Of a stretch of 64,000 nucleotides of DNA, positions 26,223 through 35,496 are shown one piece after another. Position 1 is the stretch's first letter. Every line of letters starts with the position of its first letter. This stretch comes from a candidate division FCPU426 bacterium (GTDB lineage: Bacteria > Oederibacteriota > Muellerivitia > Muellerivitales > Muellerivitaceae), in the NCBI GenBank assembly GCA_963796105.1, contig CAWCKJ010000010.1:39620-103619 (forward strand), in the 5' to 3' direction. The notes under the pieces were generated by a model. The model saw nothing but the letters and a program-made list of their open reading frames with translations, did not search any database and was not told the origin of the DNA. Both the position numbers and the translations under genes were made by a program.

Positions 26223-28139
26223 TTAAAGCTTAAAAGTTTTAACCGTATCGATCAAGGCGCGGACATTTTCCATGGGTGTCTCAGGCAGGATGCCGTGTCC
26301 CAGGTTGAAAATGTGTCCTGGCCTGCCGTTGACTTTCCTGAGTATTTTCTCGGCTTCTTTACGCACATTAAGAGGATCGGTTAAAAGAACTTCGGGGTCC
26401 AGATTACCCTGGATCGCCACCTCGCCCAATTGCTTCCAGGCCTTGGCCAAATCCACATGGCAATCCACGCCGATCACTGTGGCGCCGGTTTTAAGGATAT
26501 CTGGGTAGAAGGGTTCGGTATGAATTCCGAAATAAATAATGGGCACACCAGGCTTCAATCCGCTGATGAGGATTTGAAGGAAGGGAAGGACCAGGCGTTT
26601 GTATTCATCGGGGGTCAGGATGCCCACCCAGGAGTCGAACAATTGGAGGGCTTGGGCACCCGCATCCACCTGGGCGTTCAGGTAGGAAACAGTGGCCTTG
26701 ACGATCCGGATCATGAAATCATCCCAGGCCGATATGCCCTCGCTTAAAAGAGTTCGGGTCTGCGCGAAATCCTTGGAGGCCCCGCCTTCCAGCAAATAGG
26801 AGGCCACCGTGAAGGGGGCGCCGGCGAAGCCGATCAAGGGAATGTCGGGTTTTAAGCGGGACCGGATGATCCTCACGGCTTCCATGACATATCCCAAATC
26901 CTTCTTCGCGTTGACTTCCCGGAGGCGCTTGAGGTCGGAGGAGCCCCTGAAGGGATTGCGGATGACAGGCCCCCCTTTCTCGGCGAACTCCAATTGGAAA
27001 CCTAGGGGCTCGGTGATCAATAGAATATCGGCGAAAAGAATGGCGGCGTCCACGCCGAGGACTTCCTGGGCTGAAACCGTGGCTTCCGCGGCGAGCTCCG
27101 GCGTTTTGCAAAGCTCCAGGAAAGAGACTTTGGATCGTATTTTCTGGTATTCGGGAAGGTAGCGGCCAGCCTGTCGCATGATCCAAATGGGGGGGCGGTA
27201 GGCCGGCTCCCGGCGGCAGGCTTTCATGAAAAGATTATCCGGAATTCGGAAAGGTTTCTTGGGGGCGGCTGACACTTCCAAAGTCATGTGGCTCTTGAAC
27301 TCGTGCAGTTCCTGGCCCCTTCGAGCGGCTTCCCTCACGAGAGACGCCATGTTGTGCTGGTCCGGCTCGAAATCGACCGTGAATCCGTGGCCCTGGAGGG
27401 TTTCCGTGACGGAAGTGCCCACGGACCCGACCACCACGCGGGGGAAAGCCGCCATCAGGGATTCCAGGCGGCCTAGATTCTCCGCGAGTTGAACCAGGTT
27501 GTGGACCTGATACCCGCTGGTAAAGAGGGTGATCGCGACTTTGCCCTTGATGATGGATTCGATCAACTGGACCAGGGGTTTGGTGTTGTCGGGCAGGGCC
27601 CAGAGCTGGATGGGAACACTTTCCACTTCTTTCGCGCCCAATGCGCGGAGATTCCTCAACAAGTCCAAATTGGAAAAACCGAATTCCTGGACCGCCACCC
27701 TTTTGTCTTTCACGTCCGCGAGCGCGGAGGGAATTTCCCTCCAGTTTTTCAGCTCTGGAATTTTGATGGAAGCCTTTAATCCGTATTCAGCCAAAACCTT
27801 GGGGAGGTGGGGGTCGCAGGACACCAGGACACAGCGTTTGAGGGCCTTGGTGATATGACTCTGGGGAAACTGGGCCTCCAAGGCCTGGAAAAAAGCGCGT
27901 GTGCCGGTTTCGGAAACGAGAACCAGGATGTCAATGAGCCCTTCCCGGAGACGCTCAAAGAAGACGTATGCTTCCTTGTTTTCCTCCGGATGCATTTCCC
28001 TCATGGCGGGGGCAATCAAGGGTTTGCCGCCGTGATGGAGGATCAAATCCTCCATTTCCTTGGCCATGAGGCTCTCGAAAGCCGCCACTGTCAAGTTCCT
28101 AAAATTGTGCTTTTCTTTGGATTGGGACGGTCGCGTCAT
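26223..28139 (-). CDS. hemDE: bifunctional uroporphyrinogen-III synthase (HemD) / uroporphyrinogen decarboxylase (HemE) fusion protein
   Basis: C-terminal half carries the URO-D signature PPIWIMRQAGRYLPEY. N-terminal ~260 aa shows the two-lobed HEM4 pattern (DILVLVSETGTRAFF ... ITLFTSGYQVHNLV ... VVGSVGTSVTETL). Single uninterrupted reading frame. Start trimmed to ATG at 28139. Confidence 0.7.
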   Translation of the reverse strand: MTRPSQSKEKHNFRNLTVAAFESLMAKEMEDLILHHGGKPLIAPAMREMHPEENKEAYVFFERLREGLIDILVLVSETGTRAFFQALEAQFPQSHITKALKRCVLVSCDPHLPKVLAEYGLKASIKIPELKNWREIPSALADVKDKRVAVQEFGFSNLDLLRNLRALGAKEVESVPIQLWALPDNTKPLVQLIESIIKGKVAITLFTSGYQVHNLVQLAENLGRLESLMAAFPRVVVGSVGTSVTETLQGHGFTVDFEPDQHNMASLVREAARRGQELHEFKSHMTLEVSAAPKKPFRIPDNLFMKACRREPAYRPPIWIMRQAGRYLPEYQKIRSKVSFLELCKTPELAAEATVSAQEVLGVDAAILFADILLITEPLGFQLEFAEKGGPVIRNPFRGSSDLKRLREVNAKKDLGYVMEAVRIIRSRLKPDIPLIGFAGAPFTVASYLLEGGASKDFAQTRTLLSEGISAWDDFMIRIVKATVSYLNAQVDAGAQALQLFDSWVGILTPDEYKRLVLPFLQILISGLKPGVPIIYFGIHTEPFYPDILKTGATVIGVDCHVDLAKAWKQLGEVAIQGNLDPEVLLTDPLNVRKEAEKILRKVNGRPGHIFNLGHGILPETPMENVRALIDTVKTFKL

Positions 28140-28257
28140 GAAATGCAGTATAAAAGTGAAAAAAATGAAAATCCACATAAGCTTAGTGCGGGTATAATAG
28201 AAACAGGCTTGGTCATACGGGTCAAAGTCGTCATTTTTACAAACCAGCCGTATAGAG

Positions 28258-29619
28258 GTGAATATGAAGTGTCCTGGCTGCGGCTTTGAGCAGGCGGATG
28301 GGCGCATCGATTGCGACCGTTGCGGCCTGGTCTTTGAGAAATGGCATCAAAGGCATCCGGACCCGGTTCCCGCGGCGGAGAATCCGCCAGCTGCGACCGA
28401 AGGGACCCCAGCCCCTGCGGCACCCACTCCTCCGAAGCCCGTTCCCGTGGAACCTGCGGCGAAGCCAGAGCCTGTTACCGCTCCCGTGCCCGAGAAAAAG
28501 CCGTCGAGCCCTATCCCCGCTGAGAAAAAAGAGGAAAAGCCGGCCGTTGCGATATCCACGCAAACTCCCGAACCTAAGATATCCGCGCCCCCTGTAATTA
28601 TTCCTGAACCCGAATTTGAAAGTGAACCGTTTACCCCGTCGGCGCGTCAATCTCATTCGGGAATGAACAAAAGGATCATTTCTTATCTCGGGGTAGGAGT
28701 TGTACTGGCCATACTCATATTCATTGTCTCGAATTACCTCATCACGGAAAACGGAAAGCAGGGACCCCGCTGCCTAGTAACTTGGGGCGAGAACGGGGAA
28801 GACCAGGGGCAAATGGACTCGCCGATCGCGGCGGCTGTGGACCAGGACCGAAACCTATACGTTTCAGACCAGGGCAACAACCGGATCCAGAAATTCGATT
28901 CCAACGGAAAATTCCTTCTCTCCTGGGGAGGGTCCGGGACGGCAGCCGGAAAATTCAATAATCCGGTCCAATTGGCCGTGGATACGAAAAATTTCGTTTA
29001 CGTCGTGGATGGCGGCAACCACCGCGTGCAGAAATTCGACTTGAACGGGGTTTACCAGACGGTCTGGGGCGGATTCGGCTCCGACCCCGGCCAGTTCAAC
29101 CAGCCCTGGGGTTTGGCGATCAGCCTGAAGGACCAGATTTACGTGACGGATCAAAACAACCACCGAGTGGAGGAGTTCGACGCGGACGGGAAATGGATCA
29201 AGACCTGGGGCACCAATGGAAAGGACCAGGGTAATTTTATCCAGCCGCGCGGGATCGCGGTGGACGCGGACGGGAACGTTTATGTGGGGGACAACAACGA
29301 GAGGATCCAAAAGTTTGACGCCAATGGGACCTTTGTCGAGCAGACCGGGAGTTTCGGGCAGGAGCCGGGACAATTCCACAAAATCCAGGGTTTGGCCGCG
29401 GATAAAACCGGGCGCCTATACGTGGCTGACGGCGGGAATTACCGGGTCCAGGTTTTTGACGCCCAATTGAAACCCTTGACCGCCTGGGGGCATTTAGGCG
29501 AGAAGCCGGGGTTCTTCAACTTTCCCGGCGGAATCGCGGTGGACTCGAGCGGGTTCATCTATGTCACGGATTATCAAAACGACAGGGTCCAGAAGTTCGC
29601 TGAACTCGTCATCAAATAG
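28258..29619 (+). CDS. NHL-repeat beta-propeller protein with N-terminal double zinc ribbon, Pro-rich linker and one TM helix
   Basis: CPGCGFEQADGRIDCDRCG zinc ribbon. PAPAAPTPPKPVPVEP linker. TM segment GVGVVLAILIFIV. At least 6 NHL repeats (NNRIQKFDSNGKF, NHRVQKFDLNG, NHRVEEFDADG, NERIQKFDANG, NYRVQVFD, NDRVQKF). Confidence 0.75.
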   Translation: MNMKCPGCGFEQADGRIDCDRCGLVFEKWHQRHPDPVPAAENPPAATEGTPAPAAPTPPKPVPVEPAAKPEPVTAPVPEKKPSSPIPAEKKEEKPAVAISTQTPEPKISAPPVIIPEPEFESEPFTPSARQSHSGMNKRIISYLGVGVVLAILIFIVSNYLITENGKQGPRCLVTWGENGEDQGQMDSPIAAAVDQDRNLYVSDQGNNRIQKFDSNGKFLLSWGGSGTAAGKFNNPVQLAVDTKNFVYVVDGGNHRVQKFDLNGVYQTVWGGFGSDPGQFNQPWGLAISLKDQIYVTDQNNHRVEEFDADGKWIKTWGTNGKDQGNFIQPRGIAVDADGNVYVGDNNERIQKFDANGTFVEQTGSFGQEPGQFHKIQGLAADKTGRLYVADGGNYRVQVFDAQLKPLTAWGHLGEKPGFFNFPGGIAVDSSGFIYVTDYQNDRVQKFAELVIK

Positions 29620-29648
29620 TTAAATACCTCACGGCCGAAAAGTTCCCG

Positions 29649-30320
29649 GTGATTTATAACCGCGGTTCATTCAGGTTCTTCTCCAAAAAGAAATTTCGAT
29701 TTTTTGCGCCTTTCGGGATTAGGAATAATGATTTGAGCAAAATCGGAAGAGTTTTTATTCAAGGAATCGGTCTCGGGCTTGGTGTCGGTTTGTGCCTGGC
29801 GGGGGCCTTGGCCCTGGTTTTCAGGTCCGTCCATGGAGTCGGTCCCCAGGACCAACCTGGAAACTACAACATATATTTCCTAGTGGTGGGTGCGGTGATG
29901 GGTTTGTTGGGGGGTTGGTGCCTGTCCTTGCATCTGGTTTTAAACCAGCTCTTGAGCTCCCTTTTTCTTCAAATCTCCCTCCTGGTTCCCATGACCACTT
30001 CCCTGATCGGCCGGGAATGGGCGGACAAAATGGAAATATTTTTCAAGGAAGTCCTAAGCCCCTTGCCGGCTTTTTTTGGAAGGGCGGTCAAGTTTTTCCT
30101 GGTAAGGCGTTTCGAGAATTACCCCAGGATCAACCGGGCCATTTCCAAGGCCAAGAAGAAACAGAACCTTCCGGCCTATTCGCCGGAATGGATGGCCCGG
30201 GTAGTATTGCATTACTTCCTGGAGCCTTTATGGGTCTTTTTTTACGCCGCCTATACCATCTTATTTTTGATCGCCCTCTTATTTTTATCCTTTCCATTCG
30301 CCAGGGAAGGATGGCGGTGA
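29649..30320 (+). CDS. hypothetical membrane protein
   Basis: Several hydrophobic helices. No recognised motif. Confidence 0.4.
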   Translation: MIYNRGSFRFFSKKKFRFFAPFGIRNNDLSKIGRVFIQGIGLGLGVGLCLAGALALVFRSVHGVGPQDQPGNYNIYFLVVGAVMGLLGGWCLSLHLVLNQLLSSLFLQISLLVPMTTSLIGREWADKMEIFFKEVLSPLPAFFGRAVKFFLVRRFENYPRINRAISKAKKKQNLPAYSPEWMARVVLHYFLEPLWVFFYAAYTILFLIALLFLSFPFAREGWR

Positions 30321-30429
30321 AAAGCATGGTTGTTGGTGCGTGCCTTCCGGTTTGTTATCATGCCAAACAGGTTTCTTCCCTGTAAAAGCAAAAGCCTCAA
30401 AATTTCAATAATAGGTTGAGGAAATATTC

Positions 30430-31236
30430 TTGGGATCACCCCATTACGAAAAATGGAAAAACGCCCAGTCCCATTGGGATGATGAGGATTTTTTAAAGTC
30501 CCTCACGGCCCTGATGAGGCTCCGCTACAAGCGCCTGGACGAGAAGGTCTATGGGGTTTTTGAGGCCTTCAAGCAAAAACGTTTTTCAGAGCCTGGAAAT
30601 AACAAACAACCTCTTTTGGCGGATATTGGTTGCGGCAGGTCCGAATTCGGGGCTTTCCTGAAAGCGAAATGGGATAAGGATGCGTCCTTGAAAAACACCC
30701 CCTGGAATTACCTCGGGATCGAGCCGTCCATGGAACAATTGAAACACCGCGATATTGACACCCTTGGATGGGGTTTCATCCAGGCCCTGGGGGAACAGGT
30801 GCCGTTGCCGGATATGTCCTGCGACGGGGTTCTGGTCAAGGAAGCGCTCGACCACTGCTACGACCCCCTGGGGGTTTTCCGCGAGGCGGGACGGATCTTG
30901 AGGCCCGGGGGCGTTTTGGTGGTGACGCTGACGAACGACAAGAGCTATTTCAAACGGCTTTTTCCCGGTATTAACCGCAAGTTGAAGGAAAAACAAACCG
31001 ACCATTTATTTTTTTTCGGGCCGAAGGACCTGGAGAAATTGGCCGCGGAGGCGCGGTTTGACAGCATCCGGGCCCAAACCTATAATTACCTGAAATTGCC
31101 GCGCTTCTTGGAAAAACTCATGGGCTTTTTGGGGGAACCCTTGAACGGGTTCCTGCTGGATTTAACGGATGGCGCCGGCGAGGCCCTCTTGCCTGGGTTG
31201 GGCGGCGGCATCCTTCTGAAAGCCTTCAAAAAATGA
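30430..31236 (+). CDS. class I SAM-dependent methyltransferase
   Basis: Motif I LADIGCGRSEFGA and motif II/post-I acidic residues. Methyltransf_11-like, 268 aa. Confidence 0.7.
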   Translation: MGSPHYEKWKNAQSHWDDEDFLKSLTALMRLRYKRLDEKVYGVFEAFKQKRFSEPGNNKQPLLADIGCGRSEFGAFLKAKWDKDASLKNTPWNYLGIEPSMEQLKHRDIDTLGWGFIQALGEQVPLPDMSCDGVLVKEALDHCYDPLGVFREAGRILRPGGVLVVTLTNDKSYFKRLFPGINRKLKEKQTDHLFFFGPKDLEKLAAEARFDSIRAQTYNYLKLPRFLEKLMGFLGEPLNGFLLDLTDGAGEALLPGLGGGILLKAFKK

Positions 31237-31255
31237 ATTCTGTAAAAAGGAAAAT

Positions 31256-31417
31256 ATGAACCCCGAACTTTTGAATATCCTGATCTGCCCCGCCTGCGGC
31301 TCCTCCGTGCGCGAGAAAGACAATTCCATCGAATGCACCGACTGCAAGAACCGGTATCCCATCATCGACGGAATTCCCGCCCTCATTGTGGAACGTGCGG
31401 AAAAACCCAAGTCCTGA
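31256..31417 (+). CDS. Trm112-like (UPF0434) small zinc-ribbon protein, 53 aa
   Basis: LICPACGSS...CTDCKNRYPIIDGIPALI matches the Trm112/YcaR pattern. Below the ORF-track size cutoff. Adjacent to a methyltransferase. Confidence 0.6.
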   Translation: MNPELLNILICPACGSSVREKDNSIECTDCKNRYPIIDGIPALIVERAEKPKS

Positions 31418-32522
31418 TCCCCTTAAAATCGGGATCGATGCCAGGCTGGCATTCCACCGCGGCGTGGGGACCTATGCCGCCAACCTGATCATCGCCCTTT
31501 CCCAAACGGACCGAAAAAATAATTACTGGCTTTTTAACGCCCTGCCGCTGTTAAAAGAAAAGGTCAAAAATCCGAATTTCCAATGGGTGGATTTACCCGC
31601 GGCCAATCCCGCCTACTACGAGCAAATCCAGCTGCCCCGTGCCGCCCGCGGGAAGAATCTGGATTTCCTGCATTACGTGGACAACACGGGTACCTTGGTG
31701 GACCGCTTTCCCTATGTCCTGACCCTCCATGACGTGATGCACGAAAGATCCTTGAGGGAAGTGCGGGTCAGGCCGACCTTCCGCCAGCGCCTGGTTCACC
31801 TTTACAAGAAATGGACGACTCCCCGATCCGCGGTGAGGGCCAAGACCCTCATCACTATCTCGGAATACTCCAAAAGAAGCATCACGGAAAAAACCGGCGT
31901 TGAGCCCGACAAAATCCACGTGATCCCAGAGGGCGTGGACCGCGAGATTTTTGTTTTCTCGAAAAGAAAGCGGTCAAAGCTCTTCAAGATCCTAGTCCAA
32001 GGAGCCACGGATGAAAGGAAGAACCTGACGAATATCCTCAAGACGGCCTGTTTATTGCGGGACATGGGAAAACACTTCCAATTGGTCGTGATCGGGATGG
32101 ACCTGGAGGAAGTGAAGCGATCCCATTACCTGGATCAAACCATCGAGATGGGGCTTGGGCCCCAAGTGGAATGGGCGGGAAACGTGCCCTTCGAAGTTTT
32201 GAGGAACATCTACTCCGAGGTGGATTTGTTCCTTTATCCTTCCCGCATGGAGGGATTTGGCCTGCCCATATTGGAAGCCTACGCGACCGGGGTCCCGGTC
32301 ATTACCTCCAACCAAACGGCATTGCCGGAAACCGCGGGGAACGCCGCTCTTTTGGTGGACCCCGAGAGCCCGGAAAGCATTTGCGGGGCGGTGAAAGAAT
32401 TAATGGATAATGAGTCCTTGAGAAAACGCTTAGTGAAGAGGGGCCTGAATAGGGTGGAAGAGTTTACCTGGACAAAAACGGCTCTGTTAACCAAAAGGGT
32501 TTACGAGGGTTTGGTGTTATGA
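31386..32522 (+). CDS. glycosyltransferase family 4 (GT-B, retaining)
   Basis: C-terminal EGFGLPILEA (E-x7-E) motif and a GT4 layout. The 5' end overlaps the Trm112-like ORF, so the true start may be downstream. Confidence 0.8.
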   Translation: MWNVRKNPSPDPLKIGIDARLAFHRGVGTYAANLIIALSQTDRKNNYWLFNALPLLKEKVKNPNFQWVDLPAANPAYYEQIQLPRAARGKNLDFLHYVDNTGTLVDRFPYVLTLHDVMHERSLREVRVRPTFRQRLVHLYKKWTTPRSAVRAKTLITISEYSKRSITEKTGVEPDKIHVIPEGVDREIFVFSKRKRSKLFKILVQGATDERKNLTNILKTACLLRDMGKHFQLVVIGMDLEEVKRSHYLDQTIEMGLGPQVEWAGNVPFEVLRNIYSEVDLFLYPSRMEGFGLPILEAYATGVPVITSNQTALPETAGNAALLVDPESPESICGAVKELMDNESLRKRLVKRGLNRVEEFTWTKTALLTKRVYEGLVL

Positions 32523-34264
32523 AAGGAATCTTCAGCTTTCTCCTATTAATCATGGAAGCCGGCTCCTTGTTTTTCTTTTTTCTCAATCCAGCCTCCCCTC
32601 TTACCGGGATGGAACCCCTTGGATTGTTTTTCTTGGTTTTAGTCCTCTTCGGCGGGCTCGTTTTAGTGGAAACCGCTTTGGCCGGATGGGTCGCCGGCGC
32701 AAAATGCATGAAATGTTTTTTACCCCCCGTTACTTACACCCATTTGTTTTGGGTTTTTTCCTGGGCCTGGCCCTGGGCGCGGGGCGTGAACCTTCCTGAA
32801 CCCCACAATTTAGACCAAAGAAAATTCCAGGTTCTTCTGGGGGTCATGCTGATCTCGCACTTGTTCGCCTATACCGCCTGGCTGTTAAAAAAAGCAAGTC
32901 TCAACAGCCGGCCTATTTCCAAAACTTTCGGGATAGTAGGGGCGTTCTTTTTTATCGCGACGACCCTTTGGACGGCGTCGGTTTGCGATTTGAGCGGGGA
33001 TGAGCCCCATTACCTCTTGATGGATTACAGCCTGATCCATGACGGGGATTTGGATCTTTCCAATAATTATCAAAACAAGGATTACCTGAGTTTTTACAAA
33101 AGGGGAGAGCTGGCACTGCAGGGGTTGGACTACACGGAGAACGGGAAAATTTACAGCTTTCATCCATTGGGGCCGGTTCTATTGGCGCTTCCGGGCTTCG
33201 CGATCGGGGGAAGATTGGGTGCCGCGCTGACCATGTCAATTTTGGCGGCCATGACTTTGTTCCTGTCCCTGAGGATTCTGGAGGCATTAGGGGCCCATGG
33301 ACCTCCGCTTCAAGCCGTCGGCTGGGTCGGGGTCTTTTCAAGCCCAGTGCTTATATTCTCGGGGCTTATCTATCCGGAGATTCCTACGGCTCTCTTCGTG
33401 GCATTAATCCTTTTTCTCTTTTTAAAAAAGCGCTGGGGGTGGCTGGGGGTTTGTCTTGGAATGTTACTTTGGATTCACAACCGCAACGTTCTTTTAGTCA
33501 TGCCGTTCTTGGCGGTCTTGGGTTATGAATTATTAAAAGGGAAAAATGAAAAACGGGAAAAAATATTAAGATTCACCTGGGGGTTCCTGGCGCCGACTTT
33601 TCTTTTAGCCTTTTATTTTGAAAAGATCTACGGGGTTTTAACACCATTGGGTGCCCATCATGAGTCTTTCTTCTCGCTGTTTTCGATCCAAAGATTTTTC
33701 GCCGGCTTCTTCGGCTTGATCCTCGACCAGGATTGCGGCCTCTGGTTCCATTTCCCTGTTTTTGCCTTGATAGTGACAGGCGGGATCCTCTTGAGACGCT
33801 CCAACAATCCCCTGAAAAGCCTTGTCCTGATCCCATTCTGTTTTTTTTATTTATTCATGAGTTTTTATGAGAACCTGGGGTTGGCGCCGGCGACCCGCTA
33901 TATGGTGGGGATCACTCCCCTATTATGGATGATGCTTTACCCGGCGTTCGAGAGAATCAAGGCCTGGGATTTTTGGGCTCAGTTGACTTTTTTTTCTTTT
34001 GCGGCCGGTTTTGCCGTCAACTGGCTTTTGTGCGCGGTTCCCTGGATCCGCTACAACAAAATCCAGGGAGGCAATTGGATCCTGATCATCGCTGGAAATT
34101 ATCTTCACTTACCATTGGTCCAATGGGAACCCATGTTCCAGGTCCCGGCAGTCGAGATGAAGAGCTACTTTTTGGGCGCTTTTTGGGTTTTGGTCACCAT
34201 CGCTTTTTCGGTTCTTTTCTTGAAGGCCGAGGCTAATAAAACGGGGGAAGGGAAAAACTTTTGA
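32519..34264 (+). CDS. polytopic membrane protein, GT-C-fold glycosyltransferase-like (PMT_2/ArnT-like)
   Basis: At least 12 TM helices. First loop GDEPHYLLMDYSLIHDGDLDLSNNY resembles the DE-containing loop of GT39/PMT_2 enzymes. Family assignment is tentative. Confidence 0.45.
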   Translation: MKGIFSFLLLIMEAGSLFFFFLNPASPLTGMEPLGLFFLVLVLFGGLVLVETALAGWVAGAKCMKCFLPPVTYTHLFWVFSWAWPWARGVNLPEPHNLDQRKFQVLLGVMLISHLFAYTAWLLKKASLNSRPISKTFGIVGAFFFIATTLWTASVCDLSGDEPHYLLMDYSLIHDGDLDLSNNYQNKDYLSFYKRGELALQGLDYTENGKIYSFHPLGPVLLALPGFAIGGRLGAALTMSILAAMTLFLSLRILEALGAHGPPLQAVGWVGVFSSPVLIFSGLIYPEIPTALFVALILFLFLKKRWGWLGVCLGMLLWIHNRNVLLVMPFLAVLGYELLKGKNEKREKILRFTWGFLAPTFLLAFYFEKIYGVLTPLGAHHESFFSLFSIQRFFAGFFGLILDQDCGLWFHFPVFALIVTGGILLRRSNNPLKSLVLIPFCFFYLFMSFYENLGLAPATRYMVGITPLLWMMLYPAFERIKAWDFWAQLTFFSFAAGFAVNWLLCAVPWIRYNKIQGGNWILIIAGNYLHLPLVQWEPMFQVPAVEMKSYFLGAFWVLVTIAFSVLFLKAEANKTGEGKNF

Positions 34265-35478
34265 ACATTCTTGTGTTAACACCCCTCGTACCTTTTCCGC
34301 CCCACGATGGCGACCGATTACGCCTTTATCATTTCCTCCGATACCTAAGGGGGAAAGGCCATGTGATCGATCTTTTCTGCCTGACTCGCAACAAGGCCGA
34401 TCTCGGGAAGGCCCATGAGATCAGGCCATTCTGCAGGAACCTTTACATTGAAGTTCTTTCCAATACAGATTTGTTCTTCAACTTGATCGGCGGGATTTTG
34501 ATGGGCCAATCCCTCAACATCTCCGCGTATTTTTCCCCGCGGATGAGGGAAGCCTTGAAGGACTATTGGAAAACAAATGAGGGGAAGAAAGCGGATGTGA
34601 TCCTGGCCCATCGGCTTCGGATGGCGCCTGCGGCTTTCGAGGGAAACCCCGGTAAGCCGGTGGTGCTGGAATTAACCGATTGTTTGGCGGCCTATACTCA
34701 ACAGCTCAAGGGACAGAAGGGGGCTCGCTGGTCGAGGCGTTTGGCGGCCTGGTGGGACTATTGGTTCCTGAAGACAGAAGAGCCGGATTGGGCTCAGGCC
34801 TCCCGAAAAACAACCGTGATTTCATCCCATGACGCCCAGGCTTTGCTGGAAAACGGAGCTTCCTTCGATAAAATCGAGATTGTTCCCAATGGAGTCACCC
34901 GGCAAAAGGTTTTAAATAGGAAGCCCCCGGCGATTTATCCCCCCAAAAAACCGGTTGTGTGTTTTGTGGGAAGCATGGAATACGCGGCGAATGAGGACGC
35001 CGCCCTTTGGTTTCTCGACGGGATATGGCCGCTGGTCAAACAAGGGATTCCGGACGCGGTTTTCGCCGTCGTGGGAAAAGGAGCCCGGAGGGTCTTAAGC
35101 CGGCGGCATAACGGCCGGGATATTTTCGTGACGGGATGGGTTCCAGAGGTTGAATCCTACCTGCTCAACGCCGATGTGTCGGTAGCGCCCTTGAGGGTGG
35201 CGGCTGGAATGCAAAACAAGGTGGCTCTTTCCATGGCCCTGGGTATTCCCGTCGTGGCGACCCCTTCGGCGGTGAAATGGATGTCTCTTTGCGACCGAAA
35301 GGGACTTTTGATCGGTGAAAACGAGGGGGCTTTTGCCCAGAGAGTGGTTGAGGTTTTATCAAATTCCAGACAATACCGAGCCCGTGCGGCGAAATTCAAA
35401 AATACAATCCTTCGGAATTTTAATTGGAAGGAATCAGGACGAAAAATGGAAGGCCTTTTGAAACAGGCGGTTGATTAA
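34261..35478 (+). CDS. glycosyltransferase family 4-like (GT-B)
   Basis: Glycos_transf_1-like C-terminal domain (VCFVGSMEYAANEDAA...GWVPEVESYL...GMQNKVALSMALGIPVVAT). Confidence 0.75.
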   Translation: MNILVLTPLVPFPPHDGDRLRLYHFLRYLRGKGHVIDLFCLTRNKADLGKAHEIRPFCRNLYIEVLSNTDLFFNLIGGILMGQSLNISAYFSPRMREALKDYWKTNEGKKADVILAHRLRMAPAAFEGNPGKPVVLELTDCLAAYTQQLKGQKGARWSRRLAAWWDYWFLKTEEPDWAQASRKTTVISSHDAQALLENGASFDKIEIVPNGVTRQKVLNRKPPAIYPPKKPVVCFVGSMEYAANEDAALWFLDGIWPLVKQGIPDAVFAVVGKGARRVLSRRHNGRDIFVTGWVPEVESYLLNADVSVAPLRVAAGMQNKVALSMALGIPVVATPSAVKWMSLCDRKGLLIGENEGAFAQRVVEVLSNSRQYRARAAKFKNTILRNFNWKESGRKMEGLLKQAVD

Positions 35479-35496
35479 TCAAAGATCGGGGTTCAC

